Shown in pieces: positions 38,345 to 51,586 of a DNA stretch of 64,000 nucleotides. The translations under genes were made by a program, and so were the position numbers. Position 1 is the stretch's first letter. Every line of letters begins with the position of its first letter. Source of the DNA: Octopus vulgaris (taxonomy: Eukaryota); the NCBI GenBank assembly GCA_951406725.2, contig OX597823.1, positions 115,506,001 to 115,570,000 of the forward strand, in the 5' to 3' direction. Below the pieces are notes generated by a model that worked only from the letters and a program-made list of their open reading frames with translations, was not told the origin of the DNA and searched no databases.

Positions 38345-38571
38345 CTTTCTCACTTTACATGCCAGCTCTGGACAAAATGTTATAGTGTATTACCATCATT
38401 GGCACATAAGTAATGTGTGTGTAAAGTTTGGTGAAAATCGGTTGAGAACTGTAGAAATGCATATGTACTACACATACAGGCACACACAGACCCCCCCACA
38501 CACAAACACACTCAAAGAAACACACACACACACACACACACATCCTTTGTTTTTATATATATATAAATAGA
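38345..38571 (-). mobile_element. Helitron-type 5' fragment
   Basis: CATAAGTAATG..AGTTTG..GAAAATC.GTTG..(CA)n..TTTTATATATA layout as at 1836-2100. Confidence 0.55.
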
Positions 38572-39865
38572 GAGAGAGAGATAATACAAATTTTCATAAT
38601 ATAATATATCAGAGCTTAAGCCATTCCATTTTGCAAATAATTCCTTATCACATTTAAAAAAAATTCTTACTGGCTGCAAGAGACACCATAATACATGTCT
38701 ATCTTCATTTAGATCTAAAACTGATATGATAAATTAATAGAATAATTTAGTGACAGGTGTGCAAAAGGTGTTGTGACAAAGAGCATACCTTACAATAATT
38801 TGAGCAAAATTGCCTACTCACTGCAACTTGGAAACATTTATTAACCATTTCAATGGATGCAAGACTACCATCAGTGATGTAGTGTCTTCATGCCTCATGT
38901 CATCCTTCATTAAACAGACCTATGATTGAGGGTCTTCAAGTTGTAAACATACCATACTTTTCTGTATTTGGAACTGCATTATCTAATGTGTCTTTTCTCT
39001 TTTAAAACCATTGAGTCTGATTTAACAGAATTTGTTCGCTATCTCTGTAGATTAAGCAACCATTTAGAGGTTTCTTGTTGGTCTCTAGAGAGAAGTAGCT
39101 TGTTATTTGTTCAAACCTTACCAGAGGCATTGGATTGTCAGCAGGGCTAGATTTTGTCCACTAGTAAATATTGTAACTAACCACTCTTTACAATGCTGCT
39201 AACTGACTCTAATTCTGTGAATATTGCCCAGTGATAAATACATTTGAAATTATAAACTATGAAAATAAATAAATAAATCCACACATTCATGTCACAAACA
39301 AAGAGTTGCTATATTCTTGACTTAGATTTAAATTATCTAAAGTTATTAAAATCTAATTTGTGTTAAGCTTGATTCAACCAGGGTCCATGCAGTCTTAGAA
39401 AAAGATAACACCTTTAAAAGAAATTCCCAAATTCTAATATTGAAATATTTTTGTTCTAATATATGAGTGAAATGTTCCATCGGTACATTACTGTATTATT
39501 CTGCTAAGCAATATCTATAGCATAATTTGAAGCATCAAAGAAAACCCTAAAAAGCTATTGTATTTAGTTAGAGAAACCTACAATGAAGATGGCAGAAACA
39601 TGAACCATTTTACAGTAATTTACATGTTCCTAACATTAGCTTTTATCTGTAGTCGCATTTTCTGTTTGCCTTTGTCACTAATCCAAACTCAACTGGCATT
39701 AATAGTTTGCCTCTGGTTTACTTTGTTAGGATTTCACCAGACTTTTATATTTTCTAACTTTGCGAAACTTTAAATCAAAGAGAAATGCCATTTTACTGGT
39801 TCTGGAACTTGTCCAGAAAATGTTATTAATTACTATTAATTTGTTTCCAAGCAAAACCTACATGC

Positions 39866-39866
<1 letters not shown>

Positions 39867-39916
<50 letters not shown>

Positions 39917-39950
39917 TATGTGTATATGTATATATGTGTATATGTATGTA

Positions 39951-39992
<42 letters not shown>

Positions 39993-40042
39993 CATATATA
40001 TATATATGAATATGTGTATATGTATATATGTGTATATATATG

Positions 40043-40101
<59 letters not shown>

Positions 40102-40170
40102 CTGTGTGTCTTTGCAGACCTGTGCACACATGCACACATAGTTTTTACTATATTTATATATATATGCATA
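39867..40170. repeat. Compound (TA)n/(TG)n microsatellite field; similar fields at 2536-2780, 43670-43945, 49630-50000, 53923-54550, 58361-58722 and 63380-63716
   Basis: Seen directly; source of the YI/CV/HT-repeat ORFs. Confidence 0.97.
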
Positions 40171-40961
40171 GATGAATAATCTGGTTGACTTCAAAGTAAA
40201 TTACTTATGGAATTGTCTTTGAAAATGTAGTGATAATAAAAGAACAATAGAGAAAGTTGAAATCATTTTCTCTTTCACAAAAGGTTCCCTCTTTTCTGTC
40301 TCTGTCCGCCATTCCATCTGTCGTTTATACGTCTATATACATACGTATCCACGAGGATATAGATTTTGTTGCAACCACTTCATCTTCATGAGGAAAATAA
40401 ATCTTTTATCTGCACATTTATACCATGCCTTTTATGTGCAATAACTTGCACTAATGGACAATATCTGAAGTATTTCACTTGGTTCCCAGTTTGATATCTT
40501 TATGAAGATGTTTGTACATTATCATTTAATGGAGGAAATTGTTTTATCTTTTCTGGGGAGGACAAACCTGCATGTTATAAAATTTCTGATGATAGTTACG
40601 GTTTTTTTTTTTGGTCATTTGTATTTTTTTTTTTTGTGAGAGATATGAAAAATCCGGTTTGCTGGGTGGGGTTTACCTGAGTTATTTTAATTTTCATCTA
40701 TTGTTTTTGAATGAACAACCCACAAGTCTCCACAGTATACTTGTAATGACTAAACCGGAGACCAATATGAGAAATCTCTGGTCTACACTAAAGAATTTTG
40801 TTTTATATGATTTCTGTTATCGATGTTTGCTGTGTTAATGTTTTCAAACATTTCTTACTGTACAAACATGATAAAAAAAAAATGTCTAGTATCTACAAAG
40901 TTAAGTCTAAGGACTACTGACACAGAGCCAAAAGACACACGTTCAATTTCTACAGCAAATG

Positions 40962-41114
40962 ATATATATCTGTAAATGTAATATGAGACAATTATTCAGT
41001 AGCCATGATAAAACTCAGAGTTTTGTGTCTCATATTACATTTACAGATAAATTCCTCTATTTACGTGATATTGAGGTCTCTTTCTTTCTTTTGTTGTCTT
41101 ACCATTTTAGCAAA

Positions 41115-41115
<1 letters not shown>
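40962..41115. mobile_element. Family P1 short element, rearranged, with a perfect 24-bp inverted repeat
   Basis: Homologous to 51551-51777; TATCTGTAAATGTAATATGAGACA at 40967-40990, inverted at 41026-41049. Confidence 0.75.
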
Positions 41116-41165
<50 letters not shown>

Positions 41166-41196
41166 CACATATATACACATATATATACACATATAT

Positions 41197-41615
41197 GGCG
41201 TAGGAGTGGCTGTGTGGTAAGTAGCTTGCTTACCAACCACATGGTTCCGGGTTTAGTCCCACTGCATGCCACCTTGGGCAAGTGTCTTCTGCTATGGGCT
41301 TGGGCTGACCAAACCCATGTGAGTGAATTTGATAGATGGAAGCTGAAAGAAGCCCATCATATATGCGTGTGTGTGTGTTTGTGTGTCTGTTTGCTCCCCC
41401 CACCATCTCTTGACAATCGATGTTGGTGTGTTTATGTCCCCATAACTTATTTCTTGCTCTCTGTATATATATATTCTTTTATTCTTTCAGCGAAAGAGGC
41501 CAATAGAATAAGTACCAGGCTTACAAAGAATAAGTCCTGGGGTCGATTTGTTCAACTAAAGGTGGTGCTCCAGCATGGCCACAGTCAGATGACTGAAACA
41601 AATAAAAGAATAAAA

Positions 41616-41620
<5 letters not shown>
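41197..41620 (+). mobile_element. SINE-A full length
   Basis: Consensus match. Confidence 0.9.
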
Positions 41621-41650
<30 letters not shown>

Positions 41651-41987
41651 GAGCAAGAAATAAAATTTGACATAACAGAGGACATTTACTTGTGAAACTG
41701 AAAATTTATTTTCACCAGCCAAAAGATGATGGAAAATTTATAAATGCTTACTATTTTGTGTTTGGAGCATAGGAGACTTGCTGTCTTGTATCTCTTAGCA
41801 TTTGGAATTATCTGTGTATTGTTTATAGGCATATGTAGACCAGCCTTGTCACACTCTGTGTCATGCTGAATCTCCCTGAGAACTACACTAAGGTTACATG
41901 TGTCTGTGGAGTGCTCAGCCACTTCCACGTCAGTTTCATGGGCAAGCCGTTCCTTTGATCGTATCAGCTGGGACCCTCGTTGTCATA

Positions 41988-42135
41988 GGCACAGGCATAA
42001 CTGTGTGGTATGAAGTCAGCTTTCCTGCCACATGGGTTCAGTCCTACAGTGTGGCATCTGGGCAGAGGGTCTTCTGATATAGTCCCAGGTTAACCGACCC
42101 CTAAGGAGGGTCTCATATGTGTGTGTGTGTGTTTA
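41988..42135 (+). mobile_element. Old SINE-A-type head
   Basis: GGCACAGGCATAACTGTGTGG..GGGTTCAGTCC..TGGGCAGAGGGTCTTCT. Confidence 0.65.
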
Positions 42136-42415
42136 TTTCTTTTTTGCATCTGTGATGTTTTTTAATCTCCTTTGTAAATGAAGATATTTCCTTTGTTTTG
42201 CTGCTTTTCATTCTAAGAAATGAGAAGATACTTTGCAGAACTTATTTTAAGGAGTTGTGTCTGTTTATCAACCATTGAAACACATCTGCACCATCGGATG
42301 CTCCTGAACTAGTTGCTGAGTGTCCAACCCAAGAAGAATTGATGCTAGGTGTGTCAAAACAATTGTCGTGATTAATAATAAATTCTCGTATATTCCACCT
42401 TCCATCTTTCATTTA

Positions 42416-42480
<65 letters not shown>

Positions 42481-42490
42481 TATTTTTGCA

Positions 42491-42780
42491 GAGGCGCAAT
42501 GGCCCAGTGGTTAGGGCAGAGGATTCGCGGTCGTAAGATCACAGTTTCGACTCCCAGAGTGGGCGTTGTGAGTGTTTATTGAACTAAAACACCTAAAGTT
42601 CCACGAGGCTCCGGCAGGGGGTGGTGATCCCTGCTGTACTCTTTCACCACAATTTTCTCTCACTCTTTCTTCTGTTGGCCTGCTCACTTAGCCAGCATCA
42701 TTTGAAGGCTAAAACAATGCGAAGCGCATTGTAACCAGCGATGTGTAGCAACATCTGATAGTCTGGTCGGTCACGGTCAC
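42491..42780 (+). mobile_element. Third tRNA-derived SINE family
   Basis: A-box TGGCCCAGTGG, B-box-like GTTTCGACTCC, non-tRNA body, GGTCAC-repeat end; sits between (TA)n tracts. Confidence 0.7.
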
Positions 42781-42782
42781 AT

Positions 42783-42813
<31 letters not shown>

Positions 42814-42899
42814 ATGTATGTATGTATATGTATGTATGTATATGTATGCATGTATGTATGTATGTATGTATGTATGTTTATGTATGTATGTATGTATGT

Positions 42900-43130
42900 G
42901 GTTAGTCTCTTTGCCTTGACATCACCTGATAGTTTGGGAAAAAAATGTCATTGTCATGCAAGCAGTGTCTTTCATTTCCAATGTTCTGTGAAAATGTGTC
43001 TGGCCCTGGGGGAATATTACAGGTGAGGGTCGGCAACAGGGAGGGTATCTGGTGTGAAAAAATCTGCCCCAACAAATTCTGCCTGACCCGTGTGAGCATA
43101 GAAAAGTGGACATTGAAACAATGATGGTAA
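42900..43130 (+). mobile_element. A2-type SINE body with RTE-like tail
   Basis: Homologous to 3290-3535. Confidence 0.65.
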
Positions 43131-43474
43131 TGTTTGTTACCATACCTACAGAGTGAGATAATCTGCTCTGAGTGGGTAGCATACAAAAAGCGGCAACTTT
43201 TATTCTTTAACTGTAAATGCATGCATTCATGGTGTACAACGTTGCTGGAAATATAGAACAAAAGGAGTTTAATGGCCTAATTACAGGCTCTCAGTATTCT
43301 TTTCTTCCCCTTCAATTGTTTTCTCCAAGTGTGTTTGCAGCTCTGTAGCTTTGTTGCTTTACAGATTATGTAAATAATAACACACTGGTATTTTATTGTG
43401 TCTGGGGAGAGTCACTCTCTTTTAGTGTCTTGTTACTTCACTCACTCACCGCTTCAATTTCCACTCATTTACTT

Positions 43475-43709
43475 TTCTTTTAGTCTTTTATTTGCTTCAG
43501 TCATTTGACTGTGGCCATGCTGGGGCACCGCCTTTAGTCGAAAACATTGACCCCTGGACTTGTTCTTTGTAAGCCAAGTACTTATTCTGTCAGTCTCTTT
43601 TGCTGAATTGCTAAGTTATGGGAATATAAACACACCAACATTGGTTATCAAGTGATGAAGGGGAGACAAACATACACACAAATATATACATACATATATA
43701 TATATATAT

Positions 43710-43758
<49 letters not shown>

Positions 43759-43772
43759 CATACATACATGCA

Positions 43773-43858
<86 letters not shown>

Positions 43859-43897
43859 ATACATACATACATACATACATATATATATATGTGTGTG

Positions 43898-43930
<33 letters not shown>

Positions 43931-44093
43931 CTGTGTGTGTATATATGCTGGTGCCCCAGCATGGCCGCGGCCTTCGGGCTAAAACATTTTTAAGGATATA
44001 TATATGTATATATATAAAATTAAATAATGAGGGTTGAAAATGATATTTATCAATTAAAACCAGTGGTCATTTAGTGGTCAATCCTCTTAATTT

Positions 44094-44133
<40 letters not shown>

Positions 44134-44277
44134 AGGCTTCTTTCAGTTTCTGTCTACCAAATCCACTCACAAGGCTTTGGTCAGCCCGAGACTATAGTAG
44201 AAGACACTTGCACAAGGTACCATGCAGTGGGACTGAACCTGGAACCATGTCGTTGGGAAGTAGGCTTCTCACCACAC
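43475..44277 (-). mobile_element. SINE-A split by an expanded internal microsatellite and secondary inserts
   Basis: Tail 43475-43680, head 44131-44277. Confidence 0.8.
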
Positions 44278-44361
44278 TCACTAAAATTTTCGTTGCATCT
44301 TGCAACTTCTTCAAAAATTTACATTTGATGAAACTAATTTTGTGTTATTACTATTTAAATA

Positions 44362-44873
44362 CCATAAATCCTCAAGTATAATCCGCATTTTTTCCCCAAA
44401 ATTTAAAGGTCAAAATCCCTAGTGCGTACTATACACGAGGTTAAAAATGAAATTTATTTTCTAAGCAATGTCCAAGTCTCTATTTGCTGCCCAGCAATGT
44501 TTATTCAGACGCATTTTGTGATGTCGGGCACGGAAATACCTTAAGCTAAGCCTGGAAGCAATGAAGTCATAAAAGAATCATCCAGAATTTGCAGTAAGCA
44601 ACATTTATTAAATGTTATTTCTGTTATTTCTTTATTTTCTGCAAACAAAATGCATCAAAAAGCTACACGTTTGCATTATGTTATATATACAATAATAATA
44701 AAGGATGTTACAGTATACATTTTTACAAACCAAGGACGTTATATAGACCTCCTTGACTCAAGTTAGAGAAGGGGTGTGTATTATACACAAGGTTTAGGTT
44801 TTTCAGAGGTACAGCCCCCTAACAATCCCCTGCGTATTATACTCAAGGGTGGACTATACTCAAGGATTTATGG
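44362..44873. mobile_element. Tc2/pogo-type MITE
   Basis: TA TSD; TIR CCATAAATCCTCAAGTATAATCC / GGACTATACTCAAGGATTTATGG; subterminal GTA.TATAC.C.AG repeats. Confidence 0.85.
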
Positions 44874-45499
44874 TAATCATATACCTGATTACTGGCCATT
44901 CGTCAGCTTCTGTTCGGTTGCAGAGGCTTCCCAATTCCAACATCAACCAGAGACTAACTTTGCTCACCATGCAATGTAATGAATATAAACACAAAAATAC
45001 TTTCTAGTAAGATGTTTGAGTGGTTCACACTCCCAGCTTGAGCTACATTTTCTCCGCTTTAGTAAATAAATGTTCAATACTGCAATACAGTGTGTATGCT
45101 ATTTGTGTTTGGCTAGAAGTAGTGTAGATGTTCTACTATGTAGGTCACATAGTGATGCAACAGCAGCAAGTAATATCATAATTGCTAATGTTAAAAGGGG
45201 AATATTAGGGAATTACTACCTCTTAACCAGACAGCATGAGGCAGGTGTAAATAGGTAGAGAAAAGATTCATTAGTGTTAGTGAAACAATGGCAGGAAATG
45301 TAGCCAATCAGAGAAGTGCAAATGAAGTAGGGGTCATTAGATGTCTCATTTGACTGCCTTTAATATGAAAACATACTTACAAGCCTGTGTAATTAGGTAA
45401 TGGTGATTGACAGGAAATAATGTATGTATAATTCAAACTTGCAAGAAATATTTTATGCTATTGATTTGAAGAAGTGGCTGAATAACAATTTTTGCCATA

Positions 45500-45930
45500 T
45501 ACAAGGAAGATAATTTCTGTGGTATTGTTAAATCTCAATAGATGATACTGGGTGGATGTTATCATTGCTAAAGAAGACTGGAAGTCAAGTAGTTATGCTT
45601 GAATAAGGAACGGTGTACCTTGTAAATGACATTAACAGAAATACTGTGTTCCAAGAATGCTAAGTTGATGTCACTGTGGAAGATGGATATTATATCATTA
45701 ACGAAAAAAGAATTTTCACAAACTTTTTATTATAGAAACTTACAAGATTTGTGGACAGTGTGAAGAATTTGATAAGGAGTGACCATTGGTTAACAGTTTT
45801 TGGTTGATGAATCAATAAATGGTACTGTGACTAAATAGGCCTGAATGAACAATAATAATGGAAATATTGCAACAACTCATGAGAATGGCGATAATAGCAA
45901 ATGATGTTCTTTGTGGAAAAATATTAAATT
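45500..45930 (+). pseudogene. Possible ancient pogo/Tigger transposase relic
   Basis: IDDTGW, KERCTL and QFLVDESING appear in the order of N.DETG, KER.T and LQPLDVSIN; many stops. Confidence 0.3.
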
Positions 45931-47796
45931 CCAAAGTGTTATTGTCGTTATTAAATGTCCATGTTCCATGCTGGTATGGTTTGGATGGTTTGACTGGATC
46001 CAGGGTGTGTCCAAGAATTGTATCAAGCTTCAATGTCTACTTTGGCATGGTCTTTGTGAATGGATTCTCTTCTTAATGCTGACCACTTTACAACATGGAC
46101 AGCATGTTACTAATAAAATTGGCCTTTGATATAAAAGTGTAAAGAATAAGCAGTTTGACTATAACCATTTAGAGGAGGTAAGTGGCCTACAAGGCGGCGA
46201 GCTAGCAGAAACATTTGCATGACGTTCGAAATACTTAACGGTATTTCGTCTGTCGTTATGTTCTGAGTTCAAATTCCGCCGAGGTCGACTTTGCCTTTCA
46301 TTCTTTCAGGGTCGATTAAATAAGTACCAGTTACGCACTGGGGTCGATGTAATCGACTTAATCCATTTGTCTGTCCTTGTTTGTCCCCTCTGTGTGTAGC
46401 CCCTTGTGGGTAGTAAAGAAATAGGTAAGTGACCTAGTGGTTGAGGCATTGGGTTCCAGTTCTTATGATCACAAGTTTCATTCCTAGATTAGGTGGTGTG
46501 TTATGTCCTTGAGCAAGGCACTCCATTCCACATTGCTCTAATGCAACCAGATTAAAAATGAGTGCAAGCTTTGTACTGGTGCACCTTCTCTCTTCCCTAA
46601 TGTTTTGTGGTTTAGAGATAGGGATAAAGAGAAGGTGTCTGTATCAGCTCTCAACAGCATGAGTACTGAAATGAATTAACCAAAACCGGTCACATGCCAC
46701 CAATCATTGTTTGCAAGTAATGGCTGTCATTTTTAATAGTTATATAAGTTATACCATATTAGGAAATGAAAGCAACAAAGGTTGGATGGGAATGGGATAA
46801 AAAAATTAGAATTGAAAGATATATTAAATTGAATTGAAAGATATGCTAAAATAAAAGTTATTTTGGTCTAAAAGATTGGAATTTGTGCCACTAGGTGGGT
46901 TTCAATCAACTTAAGCTTGGTGATGGTACTTGGGATTAATATCATTAATGAAACCTGTCACAGAATAGTGTTTTATTCACAATTCATGTCAACTACTACA
47001 AGGTGTTTGGGCTAAATTTTCCAGTTTGCATAAAGGGGGGAAAAATACAATATCCCATCTGAAAACAAAAGTATTTTTAAAAATTAAAAAAAAGCTATCT
47101 ACTAGATTTCAGTACAAAGCTTGCTCTCATTTTTGTCTGGGAACATTAGAGCAATGTGAAATCTTCCCAGGTGTTCCCAGATTAAAAATGTTGTATTATT
47201 ATGATCTATAAATAAAGGGAAATAGATTATTATACACACTAAAAGACATGAGGTGGTGAGGTTAAAACAGAGTTAACTAATTGATCAGTCAACTTTATTC
47301 TTTTGTCCAGTAGACATAACACACCACCCAATCTAGGAATGAAACTCTTGATCATAAGAACTGGAACTCAATGCCTCAACCTCTAGGTCACTTACCTTTT
47401 CTAAATGGTTTTAGTCAAACTGCTTATTCTTTACACTTTTATATCAAAGGCCAATTTTATTAGTAACATGCTGTCCATGCTGTAAAGTAGTCAGCATTAA
47501 GAAGAGAATCCTTTCACAAAGACCATTCCAAAGCAGACATTGAAGCTTGATACAATCCTTGGACACACCCTGGATCCAGTCAAACCATCCAAACCATACC
47601 AGCATGGAACATGGACATTTAATAACGACAATAACACTTTGGAATTTAATATTTTTCTACAAAGAACATCATTTGCTATTATCGCCATTCTCATGAGTTG
47701 TTACAATATTTCCATTATTATTGTTCATTCAGGCCTATTTAGTCACAGTACCATTTATTGATTCATCAACCAAAAACTGATAACCAATGGTCACTC
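45777..47796. repeat. Inverted duplication of ~480 bp (45777-46507 vs 47313-47796)
   Basis: Near-identical ORFs on opposite strands (45812/47540, 45858/47497); the left arm carries an extra SINE-B. Confidence 0.95.
46190..46422 (+). mobile_element. SINE-B full length, 14-bp TSD, inserted in the head of an older tRNA/CORE SINE
   Basis: AGGTAAGTG[G/A]CCTA at 46176-46189 and 46423-46436; the empty site is present in the inverted copy near 47383-47396. Confidence 0.93.
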
Positions 47797-48448
47797 TTTA
47801 CTCAAAGTTGATATCCTCAGCTTCCACCACACCAAGATGACTGTAGAACTTGGCACATGCATTTCTTGCTGTGTCCCTGGGAAAATCCCCAAACAGCTCT
47901 TTGATCTTGGCCACCAGCTTGCAGGCAGAGCTGTTGGTGTCTTTCTCAAACATGCCCTGCACATAATAATTCATGGGATTACAATCAGAGATATTAGGAG
48001 ACCAGAAATTAGGGGTGGTGAAGTTATAGAAATTCCCCAACAACCACACCTGACTCCTTCTGGAAGTATGGCAAGGAGCCAAATCCTGTTGACACAAATA
48101 TGGTTTCCAGCAGCAAACCTTTCCAATCAGGGATTGACCACAGTCTTAAGCAACTTCACATAACCATTTGATTTGAGCCCAAGCCTCAGTTCAAAGACAC
48201 AGGGATGAATTCTGGCAAAGTAAGAATGCCTACTGTGTCCCCTTCTGCTAGCCTTGACTTCATGGTCTCCATTGCTGCTGCACTTGTCAAATTTTACAGC
48301 TTTTACAGTGTTCACAGAACATTGAGCAGCAGTCATGAGACCAGCATTTTAATACACACCTTGAAACATCACAATACAGGTAATTCTTTTGCAGTATTCA
48401 GGTGGGTTCCAGTCTTTCATGTCTGCTAACTATTTTTCGACTGCAACT
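47797..48448 (-). mobile_element. maT/DD37D-like transposon, internally deleted, second subfamily
   Basis: QQDLAPCHTSRRSQVWL..NFWSPNISDCNPMNYYV; LKSNGYVKLLKTVVNP. Confidence 0.8.
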
Positions 48449-48452
48449 TTAA

Positions 48453-48928
48453 CCCTTTTGTTGCCGTATTTATTTTGAGATGCTCTGTGTTTCTTTCAAT
48501 CAATTTTAAATATAACAAAGAATTTAGCGAAATAACTTAGTTATCATTAATCTAGTGTGAGGAACATAAAATTGAGATTAAGGTTTGATGGCAGATTTGA
48601 AATTAAAATCTTCCTCCAAACCAGCGAGCTGGCAGTAGCACACCGGGCGAAATGCTTAGCGGTATTTTGTCTGCTGCTACGTTCTAAGTTCAAATTCCAC
48701 CGAGCTCAACTTTGCCTTTCATCCTTTCGGGGTTGATTAAATAAGTACTAGTTACATACTGGGGTCGATATAATCGACTTAATCCGTTTATCTGTCCTTG
48801 TTTGTCCCCTCTATGTAACCCCTTGTGGGTAGTAAAGAAATAGGAAGATTTTAATTCAAAACTTATGAAAACAAGATATTTGTACTACAGAGCTAGGGCA
48901 GGTTTCGGCCAGGTTGGTAACGAAAGGG
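48453..48928. mobile_element. piggyBac-type MITE family 2 with a SINE-B (48623-48842) inside
   Basis: TTAA at 48449-48452 and 48929-48932; CCCTTTTGTTGCC/GGTAACGAAAGGG ends; reverse complement of 26192-26414. Confidence 0.9.
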
Positions 48929-49734
48929 TTAATCTTTATGTTCTCCAACACCACTGACCATGCTGACTGTTCACCAATACATCGAGCTGACCCTGAAGAA
49001 AGGAGACGTAAAAAAATCTTCAAATTTAACCTGAACAACCTGTATGTTGAATTTCATTTACTAAAGATTGAGTTAGAGTCCATATCCAATGTTGTGTTAT
49101 TATGACCTAGAAATGAAGGGAAATATATTATTTCCCTTAAGATATGAGGTTAAAACAGATTTAACTAATTGATCAGCCTACTTCATTCTTTTTTCCAGTA
49201 GACGACCAGATCTGCTGGAAAACGTGAAATGCTTAAATGAAGCAGAAACAAAATTTAGAACTTTTTTGTTGAGTATTTCAAACCAACCAAACATTTGCAT
49301 CCATGGTGAAATATTCTGAAGTTCTCTTTAAATGACTGTCTATTTGTGTACATTTTGCTTGCTTTATGTAAAGATTTTGAGAAAATAAAAAAAAGAAGAG
49401 TTTTCTATAGATTTCAAAAGAATGATTAAAATTGATAAAACCAAATAGAATGATTAGTAATAAGTGGAAAATAAATTAAATCTGAATAAGAAAGAATGTA
49501 ATTGGAATGAAAAACTGTGAAGAGAAAATGAGAAATGATTGCTTACATATCTTAGAAAAATATGAGTTTTACAGAGAATAAACGAAGTTTTGATAAGTAG
49601 TAAACGAGAGAGAAAGGCAAACAGAGACACACATGTATATATGTATATGTATTTATGTGTGTGTGTATACGTTTATGTATGTGTGTATGTGAACATGTGT
49701 GTCTATGTATGTGTGTGTGTATATATACATACAT

Positions 49735-49781
<47 letters not shown>

Positions 49782-49861
49782 TACACATATATATATGTAC
49801 ATATATATATATACATATATATATATGTGTGTGTGTGCATGTATATGCATGTATATGTGTG

Positions 49862-49932
<71 letters not shown>

Positions 49933-49933
49933 A

Positions 49934-49976
<43 letters not shown>

Positions 49977-50187
49977 GTGTGTGTATGTATGTATACAAAT
50001 ATATATTAGGAAGAGAGAATGAATGGGCCAAAAAAATGTGGTATCACTTTATAGCATTTAATCTTTAATTCAAACGTAGTGCAGAAGAGTTGTTGTAAAT
50101 CTCAGATTATGAAGTGATGTGTAAAATCTCTTACAGCTGTTTCTAGAATAGCTGAGCATGTGAAGCATATGTTATTAGGTAAAGATT

Positions 50188-50328
50188 TGCTTACCAACCA
50201 CATGGTTCCAGATTCAGTCCCACTGCATGACACCTTGGGCAAGTGTTTTCTACTATAGCCTTGGGCTGACCAAAGCCTTGTGAGTGGATTTGGTAGATGG
50301 AAACTGAAAGAAGCCTGTCGTATATATG

Positions 50329-50372
<44 letters not shown>

Positions 50373-50580
50373 TGTATTTATCCCCCAACATCGCTTGACA
50401 ACCGATGCTGGTGTGTTTACATACCCATAACTTAGTGTTTCAGCAAAAGAGACCGATAGAATAAGTACTAGGCTTATAAAGAATAAGTCCTGAGGTCGAT
50501 TTCTTCAACAAAAGGTGGTGCTCCAGCATGGCCACAGTCAAATGACTGAAACATGTAAAAGAGTAAAAGAGAGAGAGTAA
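50188..50580 (+). mobile_element. SINE-A
   Basis: Consensus match, 5' end slightly truncated. Confidence 0.9.
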
Positions 50581-50967
50581 GCTAACTACAGTCACCAGAG
50601 AGAAAATTAAAGAATATTCTTAATCAAGGTATATTAGTAGTTACCAGTTTATCAAAGAATTCAGAAATTTCTCAGTAAACTATTCTAGAAGTTAGCAGTT
50701 CCATTGTTGAAGCATGAAGGAAATTCTATGGTGAAATATTTTAGGAATTACAAGTTCTATCTTTGAAGAGAAAGTGAAGTAGATTATGAGTGGAAGGCTT
50801 GCAAAGAGTACAGGACAGTGTGAGGTAAGAGAGAGTTGTAGAAGCAAGAAAGTTGATGGAGACTTTGGTGGAATGTGAGGACATACGCAACATAGGAATT
50901 AAGGGAACACACACACACACACATAAATATATATATTGGAAGGTTTGGAGATGATGTACAGGTATTT

Positions 50968-51005
50968 TATATTAGAAGAAATGAGGTACTCAGAAATTCG
51001 GATGG

Positions 51006-51038
<33 letters not shown>

Positions 51039-51309
51039 AGAGTATTGTAGTTCACTTGAAGCTTTGTGTATTGTTTGTAACGATATTCTAAAGAAGGAAT
51101 ATAATTCTGAAATATCATATCAGACTATAGATAACTAAATTACCACAGGTAAATTGCCCATTGTCTGTATTATAGTGCATTGTTGTACCATTCAAAATTT
51201 TTTATTCTTTACAAACAATACACAATGCTTCAAGCAAACTACAATACTCTCCTATTATTATATATATAAAACCATCCGAATTTCTGAGTACCTTATTTCT
51301 TCTAATATA
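50968..51309. repeat. Inverted repeat, ~105-bp arms (50968-51080 / 51209-51309)
   Basis: ATTAGAAGAAAT.AGGTACTCAGAAATTCGGATGGTT(TA)nGGAGAGTATTGTAGTT..CTTGAAGC.TTGTGTATTGTTTGTAA on both strands. Confidence 0.9.
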
Positions 51310-51586
51310 TATGATAGATAGATAGATAGATAGATAGATATGCACACACACACACTTATATACACGCACGTGCACATGCATGTACTCATACATACACATA
51401 TATACATACATCTACAGATATAAATGAACATACAGACATACACATATACACATGAATATATACATAAATACCTTTAAGCATATAGTTATGTGTATATATA
51501 TACATATACACATAACTATATGAGTGTGTGTATATATATATATATTTATATATCTGTAAATGTAATATGTGACAATTATTCAGTAA

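Noticed and set aside
42491-42565. tRNA gene
   Set aside because: A and B boxes are present but there is no complete cloverleaf, and it runs into a SINE body; the same applies to SINE-A and SINE-B heads
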